A stretch of 63,070 nt of DNA, filler included, from Reticulomyxa filosa (taxonomy: Eukaryota; Protista; Foraminifera): NCBI GenBank assembly GCA_000512085.1. It is 21 parts of 21 records of this genome, joined end to end, with 100 filler letters (N's around TTAATTAATTAA, not from the genome) between each part and the next. Parts side by side here need not be neighbours in the genome. Positions count along the whole stretch, not along the records: positions 1 to 1,070 come from ASPP01014464.1; positions 1,171 to 2,400 come from ASPP01038018.1; positions 2,501 to 4,374 come from ASPP01023907.1; positions 4,475 to 6,879 come from ASPP01003927.1; positions 6,980 to 9,941 come from ASPP01023406.1; positions 10,042 to 16,245 come from ASPP01000047.1; 15 more parts are not named here. One strand, written 5' to 3'. The notes under the pieces were generated by a model, which saw only the letters and a program-made list of their open reading frames with translations, did not search any database and was not told where the DNA came from. Below, piece by piece: positions 1 through 13,121 of this stretch. The first letter of the stretch is position 1. Every line of letters begins with the position of its first letter. The translations under genes and the position numbers were made by a program.

Positions 1-497
1 TATTCGGCTCAATTTTATCAGTTTGTTTCAATAAAATATCATCTCTGTTTTCTTTTGCAACAAAAAATAATCATTCTATAGTTTTTTTACAAAAATCATT
101 TCCAGTTTGCTCTTGGTTAAAATGTACGTCTGTGAGAGTTTTTTACTTACACTGAGGAATAATCTTGTTTTTTCATTAATTTTTTTTAAAATAATATTTC
201 AATTATGTCTTTTGTTATAAGTTAAATAAAAAAATGACAATTTGGTGCAAGAAAAAACGTTTTATCAGTATTTAATCGCAAACGCTCGGACAATTGCAAT
301 ATAAAGTTTTTCTTTTTTTGGCTTGTTATTATTGATTGTCAGCAAAAAAATGCAAGATAGTGCAACTTTGTTGTGAAAAGAAAAAAGTAATAACTTTACA
401 ATGCGGAAAAAAAGTGGATTATATATGAAGCTAGCAAAAATATTCGAATTAAAACAAGTTAGCAATGAAGACAAGGATAAAGGACAAATGATAGAGA

Positions 498-1070
498 TTA
501 TTTGAGCAAATTTTCAACAACCTGTTTAAAATTTTGAAAAACATCGGGTAAATGTGCCATACTGGAGACCCGAAATAAAAGATTTTTGACACCAAACTCT
601 TCGAGAACTGGCAACGTATGATCGTAATCGGAAACAGAAAGAGTTTGATCCGGTGTATCTAGACGTTTGTTCAGGGTCTCTAGAGAGCAATCAAGTTGGA
701 TTAATCCCAAAATATCCAAGTTATATTTGGAAAGGTCGACAGTTTGGAAACATTGATACCATTTGGCCCAATCTTTATACTCCGTCGGCCATCCTTCGAT
801 CAGTACAACCAACTGCTGATTATCTTTGAGACCCTGATACCACAGCTCAATTTGGTTTAACATCACCGTCCAGGCATCACCACAGCCATCCTTCTCAGAC
901 AAGGATTGGGTTTTCAACAAAAGAGGCAGGTCGAGATGTTTGCAAACCAAGGTCGAGTGACGATGATATTCCGACTCCAACATTTGGCAGAGTGTTGATT
1001 TCCCCGCTTTGGGTCGCCCCAACACAAACAACAAACGGGCACAAGCCAAAAACGAAGAAGAAGAAGAAGA
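498..1070 (-). CDS. Divergent adenylate/UMP-CMP kinase-family protein, 5'-partial
   Basis: LLFVLGRPKAGKST P-loop, VLIEGWP (cf. FLIDGFPR), LIQLDCSLETLNKRL, TLPVLEEF; frame stays open to the contig edge. Confidence 0.7.
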   Translation of the reverse strand, partial: SSSSSSFLACARLLFVLGRPKAGKSTLCQMLESEYHRHSTLVCKHLDLPLLLKTQSLSEKDGCGDAWTVMLNQIELWYQGLKDNQQLVVLIEGWPTEYKDWAKWYQCFQTVDLSKYNLDILGLIQLDCSLETLNKRLDTPDQTLSVSDYDHTLPVLEEFGVKNLLFRVSSMAHLPDVFQNFKQVVENLLK

Positions 1071-1170
1071 NNNNNNNNNNNNNNNNNNNNNNNNNNNNNN
1101 NNNNNNNNNNNNNNTTAATTAATTAANNNNNNNNNNNNNNNNNNNNNNNNNNNNNNNNNNNNNNNNNNNN
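1071..1170. other. Artificial contig-joining linker N44-TTAATTAATTAA-N44 (first of 20; others start at 2401, 4375, 6880, 9942, 16246, 19892, 24244, 34589, 35713, 42259, 43864, 45645, 46745, 48841, 51030, 52291, 55592, 58995, 61900)
   Basis: Identical 100-nt block with a six-frame stop core recurs 20 times; composition and genes change abruptly across it. Confidence 0.99.
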
Positions 1171-2537
1171 GCTGTAGAGGACAAGACGTCCAATGCTTGC
1201 ACAACAACCAAGATATAGTCTGCAATGGAATATGAAAAGTTGACGATCAAAGATACTCCACTTGTGAATTCGATCGTGATAGTAGAATTGAACGTGTTAT
1301 ATCTACTCCCTTTCACATCAATCAATGTTCCAATTGAAACACATCTTTTGGATTGTTGTTCAAATATGCAGCCACAGGGGAAGAATCAACCAATGGCACA
1401 TCAATTGCTTTTCCTTACATGTCAATGATAGCCATGACACCTCCATTGCGTCGATATACAATTTGTAAGTCGTAGTATCATAGTTCACAGTCCACTATTG
1501 ATTCGAGTGATTGATTGGTTATGCGCATTGCATAGTGTTAAATAAAAAAAAAGGTATATCTGCCTACAACTACTGTCGTTTCAGATATATTTGCAATACA
1601 TCGTAAAGATTATCTCCTTTCAATTGCAATATTGAACATGCGGATTTAATTTGTGTCATTGCTTGTTTGAAATAATATCTATTTACTTCTCGAATATGAC
1701 GCTTTTTCACTTGTATTTGGTACGACACTTTTGGAGGTGACATTCAATTATCGAGGATATATTCGTTTGGTTGAATGTGGCCTTTTTGTAATACGTGCAC
1801 AAGTTTGCTAGTACATTTTGACATTGTTTGATCGGTCGATGTTCGATAATAGATAGATAAAATCAAGCCATTTGTATAATATCGTATAGCTGGCACACAA
1901 ATTGGATGTGATTCCAGAAGTATGATCGACTAATGTTCATATACTCTCAATGCGTTTGTATGTAGTACAACTGTAATTTGCATCAGCGTTGATATTAGCA
2001 AAAAGGTGGGACGACAATGGAGAGCCACTTGGATTACAAGCAAATGATTGACTGCACTGTAGTCATTAAACCACATGCTTTGCACGTTTCTTTCCAACAA
2101 TCCATTTAGAACACGATCAATATCCCAAACCGCATTGATACTCATGTTTTATTGGAAGGTGAATCGTAATGTGGTTCCGAATTGAAACAAGAAATTGTTT
2201 TGATCAATTTCTTCAACGACATGTGATTTGACTACGCCAAAGAACTGCAGCAAATCCAAAACTTTGCCCACCCACCACACGATATTCGCTTGGCTGTTTG
2301 GCGTCGTTGCATGTCCGCAATGACATAATATCATCGCCCATCCGAAGGATACACTTATTACAGCTCCACAACGAATAACACATGTTCGAGACCGTCATGC
2401 NNNNNNNNNNNNNNNNNNNNNNNNNNNNNNNNNNNNNNNNNNNNTTAATTAATTAANNNNNNNNNNNNNNNNNNNNNNNNNNNNNNNNNNNNNNNNNNNN
2501 CTGATTAGTTTTTTTTATATACGTTTTTTTTTTTTTT

Positions 2538-2822
2538 TTTTAACCAATATAGCCTTGCATAAAAAAATCCCACTAATCCGCCAAGAGAGTTAAACACTCC
2601 CGACCAATATGAATATGTAGCATTGCCAGAAGTGTCACAAGACCCATCATCATTATTTTTGCCAAAGTACTTGTCACCTAACACAGGCGACACAATGTCC
2701 ACAAGTTGATAACTAAATGCTATAAACAACCCTGCTACTGTTGTCTTCCATAAAGGCCAAGAAATTAAGACTTTTTTCGCTGTCAGAGCATCTACTTTTG
2801 CATGGATGAAAGGAGATTCCAT
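2538..2822 (-). CDS. First exon of a probable MFS transporter (SLC46/HIAT1-like N-terminus), 3'-partial
   Basis: TM1 (TVAGLFIAFSYQLV), Cys-containing loop, TM2 SYWSGVFNSLGGLVGFF; removing one T from a T-run gives MQGYIG (start of MFS motif A) followed by a GT donor. Confidence 0.5.
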
Positions 2823-5542
2823 CTTTGATATCGCTGGTTGAATACTTATATTTTGGAAACTGGTAGCGAAGTGTTTTCCCTGTCGTAAACAAAGATTGAA
2901 TACAATACAGTTATTGATTTATATGAGTCAATAAAGTTACAAGCTCGACATCCAACAAAACGAAAATTGCCAAGGATAAAAATAGAAACCAAGGAAAAAA
3001 GAGAAACATAAGATTGATAAATCGTCACAAAAAATTCTAAAAAACGACAGCTGGAACAGAAGACATTTATCACAGATCATACTATACCTTCTGAGACGAT
3101 TTTGCAGAATAGTGATAACAGAGGATTAATATTCTGAAGCTTGAAGAAGAAAAAGAAAAAATTTATTTTTGACCAAACTGTCACTACGACAACAAAAGTT
3201 GGGGTGTACCCATGACGAAAATATTATATTTTCAAAAAATGGGCTGGTAACTCAATGTAGAGACTGTGATTTGCCACTTTTAGTGGGATAAAGTTTGCAA
3301 ATGCTACTTGGATCACTTAACTGTTTATCTAGTACAAGTTTCGTTTCAGAACGTTGAGGGCATAGCTACGTTTATGTCTGAGTTTGATTTGTTTAAGTTA
3401 TTTGTGTTTGAGTTGTTTACGATTGTGTAGCTTTATATGCCTTAATAGTAAGATAAAATGGAAAAAAATGGCAGTTCGCATAGATGTGAGCGCAGATTTC
3501 ACCTAGATCCGTGTCAAATTTTTTTTATTCATAAAAATAATAATGGTACAATTTGGAAATGTACACTAAATATTTTTTTCAAATACACATTTTTTTATCG
3601 ACTGCACATTATAAAAAAAACATTGTTCAAGAAACTTGAATTACAAAAAATAAAATTTAAATTTTGTTTTTACGGCTAATGACATCATTACATTCCACCA
3701 ATGTTTCAATTATCTTCCAAGAAGTACTTGAATTAAGTCTTTATCAAATTCAATCTTTTCACTTTCGAAAAAGATTAACATACGATTTACAATACCTTTT
3801 TTTATTTTTATTTTGTTGTATTTTGCCACGTTTTAGAGTATCCAAGACAAAAATGTTTTTGTTTTTATTGAATTAACTCAAGTAGTTCTCCTTTTTTTAC
3901 TTTATCTCCGATTTTATGTGTTATTTGACATGAATAAGCGTCCAACGAGTTAAAAAGCACAATAATCGCTATTCTGATATCCGCTTCGACAATCAAAATG
4001 GTTATTGTATTGTCAGTCAACACGTTTAAACCTTGGGACAGCAATGTTTCTTCACTTTACATACATTCTTTATCGCATAACATGTTTTTGTCTTATAGGT
4101 CAATATAATCATTACTTTTTTCTTTTCTATTTCTTTAATTTGAACAGAAACAAGTAAAGAAAAGGAACTATAAAAAAAATCATTTGTGCAATTTTTCACA
4201 TTCATTGAACAGTCAAATTTCAATAGAAAAAAACTTAAATTAAACAAAAAAAAATCAATAAAAATAAATAAACTAATTTAATAAACATAAAAAATTTGAA
4301 CATTAAATAAATTTTTTTCTTTTTTATTTATTTTTTTTACTCACTCGATAGTCGAACTCGTGACCGATAGCTGANNNNNNNNNNNNNNNNNNNNNNNNNN
4401 NNNNNNNNNNNNNNNNNNTTAATTAATTAANNNNNNNNNNNNNNNNNNNNNNNNNNNNNNNNNNNNNNNNNNNNATAAATGAAAACACAACAACTCCTTT
4501 TTTTATCATCCTTGTTGAATCTGTTTTCGCCTGCATCGTTGTGATAATGGTTGTTTTTTATATTTGCAAATTCCGAGGCACTGGTCCGGGCAATAAAAAT
4601 GTTCGGAGAGTGCCTGCCTTTAGAATTATACGAAACAAAAGAGAAGAAGTAGAGCCTCTATTACTGGTTTGATGTGATGTTTCTTCTATCACTCTTCTTT
4701 TTTTTATCAATTTACAAAAATCTAATGGAGGGTCTGATACATGAAAAAAAGTACTCTTTGAAAATAAAAAAAAACTAGTCAAAATTTTTTGGAATGACTT
4801 GATTTCTTATCAAAATCATGTAACTCAATGACATCATTATAAAAACAAGATTAGTTTTAAAAGTGCAACATATAGTAGAAGTAATAACAATATTTTCAAA
4901 AATGACGAAGTTAAAAACAGGTTATTGCTTTTCAACAACTTCAAATTTAGAAATTTCATTCAATAATATACATACAACTTTATTCATATAATTAAAGAAA
5001 TTAATTAGGTCTTTTATTTATTTAATATTTTGCAACTACTTGTAAAGTTACACATTGACAACATTGTTAAGAGTTGGCTAAGCAATGATAATAGCAACTT
5101 CAAAATGCTGAATACAAAGTTCCAGATTCAACAAGATAATATTCCAATGTTGAACACAGTAGTGGTTACAAAGACTACATAATTTATTGTCACAGTTAGA
5201 AATACTATAGTATCTTCTGTTTTTCAAACAAATTGACTAAAGGCATTATACTGGTTGTCAAAAAAAGCGCCCCAATGTTGTTATTATTTCGGAAGTCTTG
5301 CAACACTAAGATCTACATTATCAATAATTGTATCACGATCAAATCGAATGTATCTCCGACAGATTTCCAATAAAACAATTGTGGAAAATGTAAGCACTAA
5401 GCCTTATTGTATAGAACTTTTTTTTAGTTATCTTTTTTTAATGACGAAAATTGTTTAGGTTGGTTAATGTTTTATTTATTTATTTAAAATTTACAAATGC
5501 ACATTAAAAATGTTTTAATTTAATGTTAGAGAACTTACAAAT

Positions 5543-6610
5543 TTAATGCACTTTTGTATTTATGTTTTTTCTATCCTTTTCGACAAATGGCAAACCATTG
5601 TTTATAATATTTAATGCTGCATGTTCAAAAGCCGTTTGATTTTTGTATTTATCAGAAAGAAATATACAGAATAAATTGACATTGTGATTACAGCAGCGTC
5701 TTTCCAAAAACTCGTTTATTCTTTTTTTGTAATTTTGCTCATTATTATTTCGAAATTTCCATTGTTCAAGTTCAAACAATAATACAATTCGTTTATGGGA
5801 TTCGATCAAATAAGAATGAATTGTATGTGATCAAAGGAGGTGATGAAGAAGATTATGGAATAATTTGCTTTAAATGTATTGTATTGAAAAAGAAAGATAA
5901 GACAAATAATGTTTCCTATGATTTAAATTTGTGTTATGGTTCAAATATTGGCCCCATCCGTATTTGGGGATAATTACTTTTTGTTGAATAAGAAATGAAC
6001 GTTTTTTTTTGAAAAGTTTGATTGAAAGCAAGTAAGTTGATATTAAACTGGTTTTATTTGCTGAAATGAAGTCCAAATATAGTGTTGAATAAAGGTTCAT
6101 TACTTTCAAATTCTTTACATCTTCATCTGATTTAATAATATTGTTTTTTATATTAATCAATTGCATCTCTACATCTCATTATTGATTTTTTTGGATTTTA
6201 ATTGTCTGTGAAATGATGATTTGTCTGATATATCACCACATATTTCATTACCAACGTATGTCCATTTCCTCTTTCCAATCAGATCCAAAAGACAACAAAG
6301 ATATTTCGTTATTATCTTTGTAATTATTATCTATCAGTTCCACTACAGATTGTCTATCTATTTTAACATGACTTGTATTCGTTTTTTGTATGATAAAAAT
6401 GACAAGCTCTTTGTTGATAACTTCCACAAATAGTTATTTCGTGTTTGTGCAGCACACATTGAGATTGAGTAGGCAAATCCTTCAAATTTTAAAAAGAAGC
6501 AGAAATAAGAATACGTTAACTTTATTTCGTTTGTCTTTTAAAAGGTTTTTGTGTTGTAGTCCAATTCCCCATGTTATTTGTGTTGCTGAATTTTTTGATT
6601 TTTAAGCATT
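5543..6610 (-). pseudogene. Fragmented copy of an unidentified multicopy hypothetical gene
   Basis: Successive protein-like same-strand ORF pieces (EQWKFRNNNEQNYKKRINEFLERRCCNHN; STLYLDFIS; KYGWGQYL) broken by stops and frameshifts. Confidence 0.4.
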
Positions 6611-7109
6611 CCATAATTGAGTTGTATTATCTAATGAATATGATATAATAAATTTACTAACTGGAAAAAATTTTGTACGTATTCATATACTTGTAAAATC
6701 ATTGATAATTCAAAACATACTATCTATTTTTAAAAAAATAAATAAATTACTTATTAATTATTTGTTAATCAGTTTTATACTTACCAATTTTAAAGTCTTT
6801 TTATTCTTCCATTTACTTATTTTTGTTTTCATATGAATTGGTATAATCTACATACTTTCTCCAATAATATGTATAATCTNNNNNNNNNNNNNNNNNNNNN
6901 NNNNNNNNNNNNNNNNNNNNNNNTTAATTAATTAANNNNNNNNNNNNNNNNNNNNNNNNNNNNNNNNNNNNNNNNNNNNTTTTCAGACATTTTTTTTTTT
7001 TTTTTTAATTAGCAAAACAAAAAAGCTTCAACATATGGTAATGTATCTTACAGTTTATTTCTTTAGTGTGTGTGTGTGTTTTTTTTTTTTGCAACAAAAA
7101 AAAAAAGGG

Positions 7110-8344
7110 CATACCAAACACGATTTGGAATAAACGAACCTATTGTGATCAAACAATAATGTGACAATTAGTTTGTTATTGTCGATTTGTAGAACCGTAA
7201 AAAAAAAAAAAAAAAAAGGGACTATTTTTTTCTTTTCTCTCCCCCTTCTTCTTTCTCTCTTAAAAAAAGCAATTATTTACGCAACCCAAAGTTGGACATT
7301 CGGATCGGTGACAAGTTGGCTAAAGATGATAATGGCCAGCTGGAGGAGACAAGTGTAAGCCCCGACAATGAGAATGTATTGCACCTCCCGACGAATGTAG
7401 AATATGTCGGACACGTTTGGGATGCGGCACCACAGCAAGCATGCTACCATTATATTCAAAATCAATAAAAACACTGACACCTTTGGGAACAGCCAATTGG
7501 TTAATGTCATCACAACTGCATCCATAACAAATATCCATACATTTTTGCGAGGATTTCCTTTTTTTTTTTTTTTTTTTTTTGTAAAGAGAGGAAAAAAAAA
7601 CTTTTTTTTTTTTAAAAAACCTAATGAGTTTTTCCATCGAATATATCGTGACTGCGAAAAGATTTGATTTTTTTCGTCACGATCGTATGGAGGAGGGGTC
7701 TGGAGCGGTGAAGGGTTGTGATGGACAGGGGGGGTGACAGGGGGTGGGTCATGAAACAGATTTTTTTCCAGAGAAAAGTGCAATGGCGGAACGGTAGAAA
7801 GAGTACGTTTCGAAACTAAGATGAGGTCCATTCCTTCGTTCCATTCTGTCGTTGGTGTATCTTGAGCAACAGGCATCTCGTATTTTAAGTCGCTCGAGCA
7901 ATGAATGGGTAACGGCACTTTGCCACCGCTACGCATTGGCATCGAAAAAATATCTCCACCGTCGCCTGCTTTCTTGATGCTATCTCCATTCTCTATCGCC
8001 CCTTGTGCCGCTGTAGACATGACCGCAGCAGTATCTATGGCCATGATGGTGGTTGTATTGTTCATTACTGTCATCGTTGTCGTCGTCGTCGCTGTCGCAG
8101 TCGTAGATGGCTCAATGGGGTGTACTAGCGCGTTTGAAGTGTAGAATCCGTCCATAGGAACGTGGTCCATTTGCGATTGAAGCAGGTCATACGTAGGCGT
8201 GGCCAAGGTTGGATGGCCCACATGTTGCGAAAATAGTGAAAAGACGTGGATACTGGAGGGGCTGGAAGAGATATAAGAGGATGGTTGGAATACATTGGAA
8301 GAGGAGGAGGTGTACTTTGATGTCCATCTTCTTTATTATCGTTA

Positions 8345-8379
<35 letters not shown>

Positions 8380-9141
8380 GTTATCATTGTTATTATTATT
8401 ATCATTATTATTGTTATGATCTTGTTTTTGTTCTTCTTCATTTCTCATCGAGTTGATTTCAGTTGCATTCGAGGACGTAGAGGCCTGCAATGGTAACAGC
8501 TCTTGGATTTGGTGGTGATCTTTCAATTGTTGATCGGCCGATATAGGATTGTGCTCGTCTGTTGCTATGTTATAACGCGCATCCCCATCTTCTCCGTTCC
8601 CGTTTCTATCTCTATCTCTATCTCTGCCTTTATCTTTGTCACCATCTCCATCGTTGCTAGTCTTTTGCGACTCGGACAGGATACTCTTCGGACTGCCCAT
8701 CGCCACGCCTGAAAATGATATGGGCTCATTTCGTGGAAGCTCCGATAGTAGGGACTGCCACGAGAGTACTGCGAGGTTGCGCGCGTAGTTGAGCATCATA
8801 AAGATATCAAAGATGCGCCATATCATACTACTCACCACTACGCACCCATGAAAGGCAATGTACTGTTTCAAAAGTCCTTCCTGCTTTTTCAATAGTTCGA
8901 TTGGTGAGATCAACAATTCCAACGTTATTGTTATGCCTAGATACGTTGTCCCTATAAACATTACACAGTAACACACTTGTGGTCGACGACGTTTGATTAT
9001 TGCTGCTGATTGATATTTGCGATATTTTCGCATGTAATATATCAACACTGGTATCACTATGCACCATATTATTCCTATTGCTGTCCATCCACAAATGCAG
9101 GCTACTTCTCCACTGCCAGATTTTTCACAGAACCAAAACAT
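7110..9141 (-). CDS. Multi-pass 7TM-type membrane protein resembling the receptor part of 7TM-RGS proteins, with a very long low-complexity loop; 3'-partial
   Basis: TM1 followed by basic IIKRRRP, TM2-3, poly-N/D loop, then TM segments and IPNVSDIFYIRREVQYIL; homopolymer frameshift near 8230; intron 7558-7620. Confidence 0.55.
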
Positions 9142-9581
9142 CTCTTTTTTTTTTCTTTTCTTTTTTCTTCTTTTGTTTTGCTTTTTTCCGCTCTTTTCCT
9201 CTGCTGTAATTGCTCACCAATTCGTCTTAAGTATTCTTTTTTCTAATGCTTCTCCCAACACAATAAACACCTTGTATATATACCTACTTTTGCACAAGCA
9301 AGGGAGACTAACCTTTCCTTTAAAACAAACAAAAAGACCCTAGATACTTAAAAGTAATTCTGGTTTCTGGTGTTTTTTTTATTTAAAAAAGCTGGAATTT
9401 TTCTTTTTGTTTATCTGGAATTTCTTTGTTGAAGTAACTATCCCAGAGATGTGTCTACTCTTCCTTTTAAGAAAAAGTTCAATGTTCTTGTTTCTACCCC
9501 GAAGGGTTTGTCTGAAAAGTGATAATGGACGAGCGACTCATAGCTCTGAAGAAGAAGATACAATGTTCAAGCCAATACACT

Positions 9582-9916
9582 ATGCATATTAATTTGATTC
9601 GGGCCTGGTTGGGTAAATGCTGGAGGGAAAGGTTGGACAACGTGTCACAAATAGCAACATTTCCAGAAGATTTGATAAATCTGATTACGCTATTTTCTGC
9701 CCTGGTGGAGCTCGAGTTCCATAAAAAAATGAAAGGCCGGGGTATAGAAATCTTGAAGCCAAATCAGGTGAGATTTGAAACAAGTCATTTGCAACAGTAC
9801 TATCACACAGTGGCCTTGGTTGATCATGTCATGGACACAGATGAACAGATACAAAAGTACGGCGTGGAGACATTGGCATGGGAGTTCTCTATTGAAGACA
9901 CTTGTGGAGCCTCATG
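9582..9916 (+). CDS. Hypothetical protein, first exon (F-box-like FPEDLINLITLF followed by beta-rich, possibly SPRY-like region)
   Basis: Protein-like ORF ending at a GTAAAG donor; divergent from the 7TM gene. Confidence 0.4.
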
Positions 9917-10041
9917 GTAAAGAGACGCATAAAAAAAAAAANNNNNNNNNNNNNNNNNNNNNNNNNNNNNNNNNNNNNNNNNNNNTTAATTAATTAANNN
10001 NNNNNNNNNNNNNNNNNNNNNNNNNNNNNNNNNNNNNNNNN

Positions 10042-10080
<39 letters not shown>

Positions 10081-10094
10081 GAATCCATTTACGT

Positions 10095-10928
10095 TCAACA
10101 CTTAAAATAATAAGGTAAATATATAGCAGAAGAATACATACACACACAAAAAGTAACAAAACTTATTGAAGTGTCCAAAGTGGTCTTGATGCCATTAGTT
10201 TTGCCATTGACAGTGTCACAAGGATTGTCATCATGATTATGTTTGTTTGGGGTGATATGAACGAGGTGATTAGGGTGGTGATGAGGGTCGGCGTGGGGCA
10301 TCATGGCATCACGTCCATGACCAGCTTTTTCGTGATCGCTGGCCATACTCAAATCGCTCCACTCACTGCTCCAGGACTGATTGGAATTTTCTCGGCGCCA
10401 GTCCATTTTCGTCAGTGGTTCCTTCGTCAACCCCATCCCGCTGCTATCTCCTGCCAGCAACTTGACCACTTCACTTGCATTACCCAGTAGCATTGGCACC
10501 GTGTGGGCCTCGTCGTTTTCACTTGCGTTTGTTAGAAGTTCAGATTGGATCAAAAAGGACAAAGATAGAAAGAGATCCCATTGTATAATGAGCCACACCC
10601 CACCCCCCCCCCATTATAACAATACATACACACAACACACACACATACAAATGTAATACCAAGGCCACGCATACTGAAAAAAAAAAAATTAATTGGTACA
10701 TTCAAACTCCGTTCTTATCCCTTTTGGTACGTCCATCGAATTTTTGTACTCGCAAAAAAAAAAAAAAAAAAAAATTTCAAGATAATGGGGTTTTCTGTGT
10801 TTTTTTTATTACCTATTCACATTTTGGGTTAGTGATACTTGCTTTTCTGCTTTGGTCATGCCGATAGTAAAATTCGTGTGATTGCTGCCTTGGTTCGGAT
10901 TTTCTTTGCTATCATTGGATTCGCCTGC

Positions 10929-10961
<33 letters not shown>

Positions 10962-11598
10962 TATTGATTGTTGTACTCGTCCTTGCTTGCCCTGCGCCAT
11001 TGTTGGAAGATGGCTTGCTGTTAGAAAAGGACCCATGTTCCAAGCGCAGACGAGCTCGGGGTGTTAACACGTTTTCTGTATTCGCCGCCATTTCGCTTGC
11101 GCTACCGCTCACATTAATGGACAGACCATCCAATGTTTCTCTTGATCCGATCATCTCATCGTTACTTGATTCACTCTTTGTTTCTTGCTTTTCTTTTTTT
11201 TCTGTTGTCTCACTTTCTGCGTTCAAATCATTGTCATTATCGTTATCATTGTCATTTTCGCTCTCATTGTCATTCTCTTCGTCATTGTCATCTGCATGGA
11301 CAAATTGCAATCCCTCTTCTTCGCCATAGTCAGTGTTCCAATCAAATGCTTTCGTAAATAACTTCATAAATTCTCTATAAATCCCATTTTATTTCATTTT
11401 TATTTGCTTTTCATCTCTTTCATTCAAAAAATAATAAATAGCGACACTTAACTCTTTTTGTGTGTCCAAGCTGTCTACGTCGTTTTTGGTTTTTGCAGAA
11501 TTATACACTGACTGCAATTTCTGCATCAATTTTGCGTAATTTTCCTCCAGTGTGGTGTTGTTTAATCCGTCCATATTCTTTTTGACAATTTGCTTCAA
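10095..11598 (-). CDS. Multi-exon hypothetical protein with acidic/poly-Asn low-complexity regions
   Basis: Collinear ORF pieces 11389-11598, 10957-11367, 10809-11036, 10095-10598 separated by homopolymer-rich introns. Confidence 0.5.
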
Positions 11599-12498
11599 CT
11601 ACAACAAAAAAAAACTTTTACTGCTCTCAACCACCGTTTTGTTTTTTTACACAAAGATTCTAAGACAAAGAGTTTATTGTAAAGTTGTGGACAATTTTTG
11701 CTTGCTAAACAATTTGAAAAAATGCTTTGTCTGATGCTGTTTTAAATTGTTATCTAAAACATAAATCGTGAAAACTGCAATTGAAATCCTAGAACAACTA
11801 GCGAAGTATATACAACACAAGTAACACCACGGATTTGTAAGAAATTTCGAAGCATAGCTATTTTAATTGTTTATTTGAGGAAATTAATTTGAAAACATTC
11901 AAGGTGTTCGCTTTTTGTTTTTCTGCTCTTGTAGATTTTATTCGTCAATTAAAAAAAAATTTCAAAATAATTTGATATACAAAATAGTAAACTTTAGTCC
12001 ACAAAACTTAAACTTCTTTTTGGAGACTCATTGCATTCGATTAAAAAAAATATGCTGACAACAAGTTTTGTCTTTTGATTTTTCAAATCTTGAACAAAGT
12101 ACAACGACATTCCAAATCATTACGTTTATGTGGTCCATACAGTGCATATGATTTACAGCTCAATTACTGCAACTTGCCAAAGTGAACTTTCTTTTCTTTC
12201 ATTGATATTGCAAACAGTTTGCATAACTTATAGCTGCATATTGTAAAATTTAGAACAGCAAAAATCTCTGTAGAAAATTCAATGTATTTGCGTTTATTCA
12301 TTACAAGTTTTAATACTGTCTTTTTTGTTATGCCAAAACTTTACTAGACTAATACAAATGTCTTTTATTGAGAAATTATTATAAATATTTTTTGCGAATA
12401 ACAGCATCAATAAAGGATATCATGATATTAATATTCTGTATATAAAAATCTTATTTCAAAACTAAACGAGTTTTTTAAATAAAAGTAAATAATAATAG

Positions 12499-12720
12499 TG
12501 TAGGGAAAGTCTCTATTATAAATCCCCAACTACTAACGGAACGATGGGACCCCCAGTGGGTTAAAACCTCTTCTCAACACAACTCACTTTTCTCTCGTTG
12601 TACTTGTTTCTTTCATTTTAGTTGTTATTATTCTTTCTTAATTTACTTTCTTTTACTGAAGTTGTTCTTTTGGAACTAAGTTCCTTTCGTATTACATTTA
12701 GTCTTCTCACAAATCCCACA
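12499..12720 (+). mobile_element. Solo-LTR-like element, copy 1 (222 bp, TGTAGGG...CCCACA)
   Basis: TG...CA ends with imperfect inverted termini; homologous to the reverse complement of 54466-54689 incl. identical TTTCGTATTACATTTAGT. Confidence 0.65.
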
Positions 12721-13121
12721 TAATGAAAAGAAAAAACAGAAACAAAAGATATAGACGATAATGAGCCTGAATTAAATGAATATGATGAAAATGCAGTCAA
12801 ATCATTTATAGAAAAACTCAAAGATACATTGGATATATAATATCGTTGAAGAAAATTGAGATTTGTTGTCTTGTTCTACAATGTCGTCTTTTGTTACAAT
12901 TCAAAAATTTCATTGAATAAATATTTCATTGTGAACAACAATTGATGAGTAGAATAAAAATTCCAAAAAAAAACGAAGATATTGGATCAAGTGTTTAAAG
13001 TAAAAAAATGTAATGTACAGTTTAAAAGGTCGTAGACAGTTTTGTTCCTTGTTGAACAAGTCAGCAGTCCCTGATATTTCTTTCAGCTTTTAAGTGTGAT
13101 CCGGAAGTAAATTTTGTCATC

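Noticed and set aside
1115-1126. Recurrent palindrome TTAATTAATTAA as a biological repeat
   Set aside because: Always embedded in N44 flanks: a synthetic six-frame stop linker. ORFs ending in X-runs or LIN are artefacts.
1171-2400. Coding-like sequence here and at 21150-23650, 54700-55100, 57800-58990 and 59100-61330
   Set aside because: Looks like decayed genes but no family could be assigned by eye (only a weak RING-like PNTAFIDC..GHVCC at ~23430-23500); needs TBLASTX
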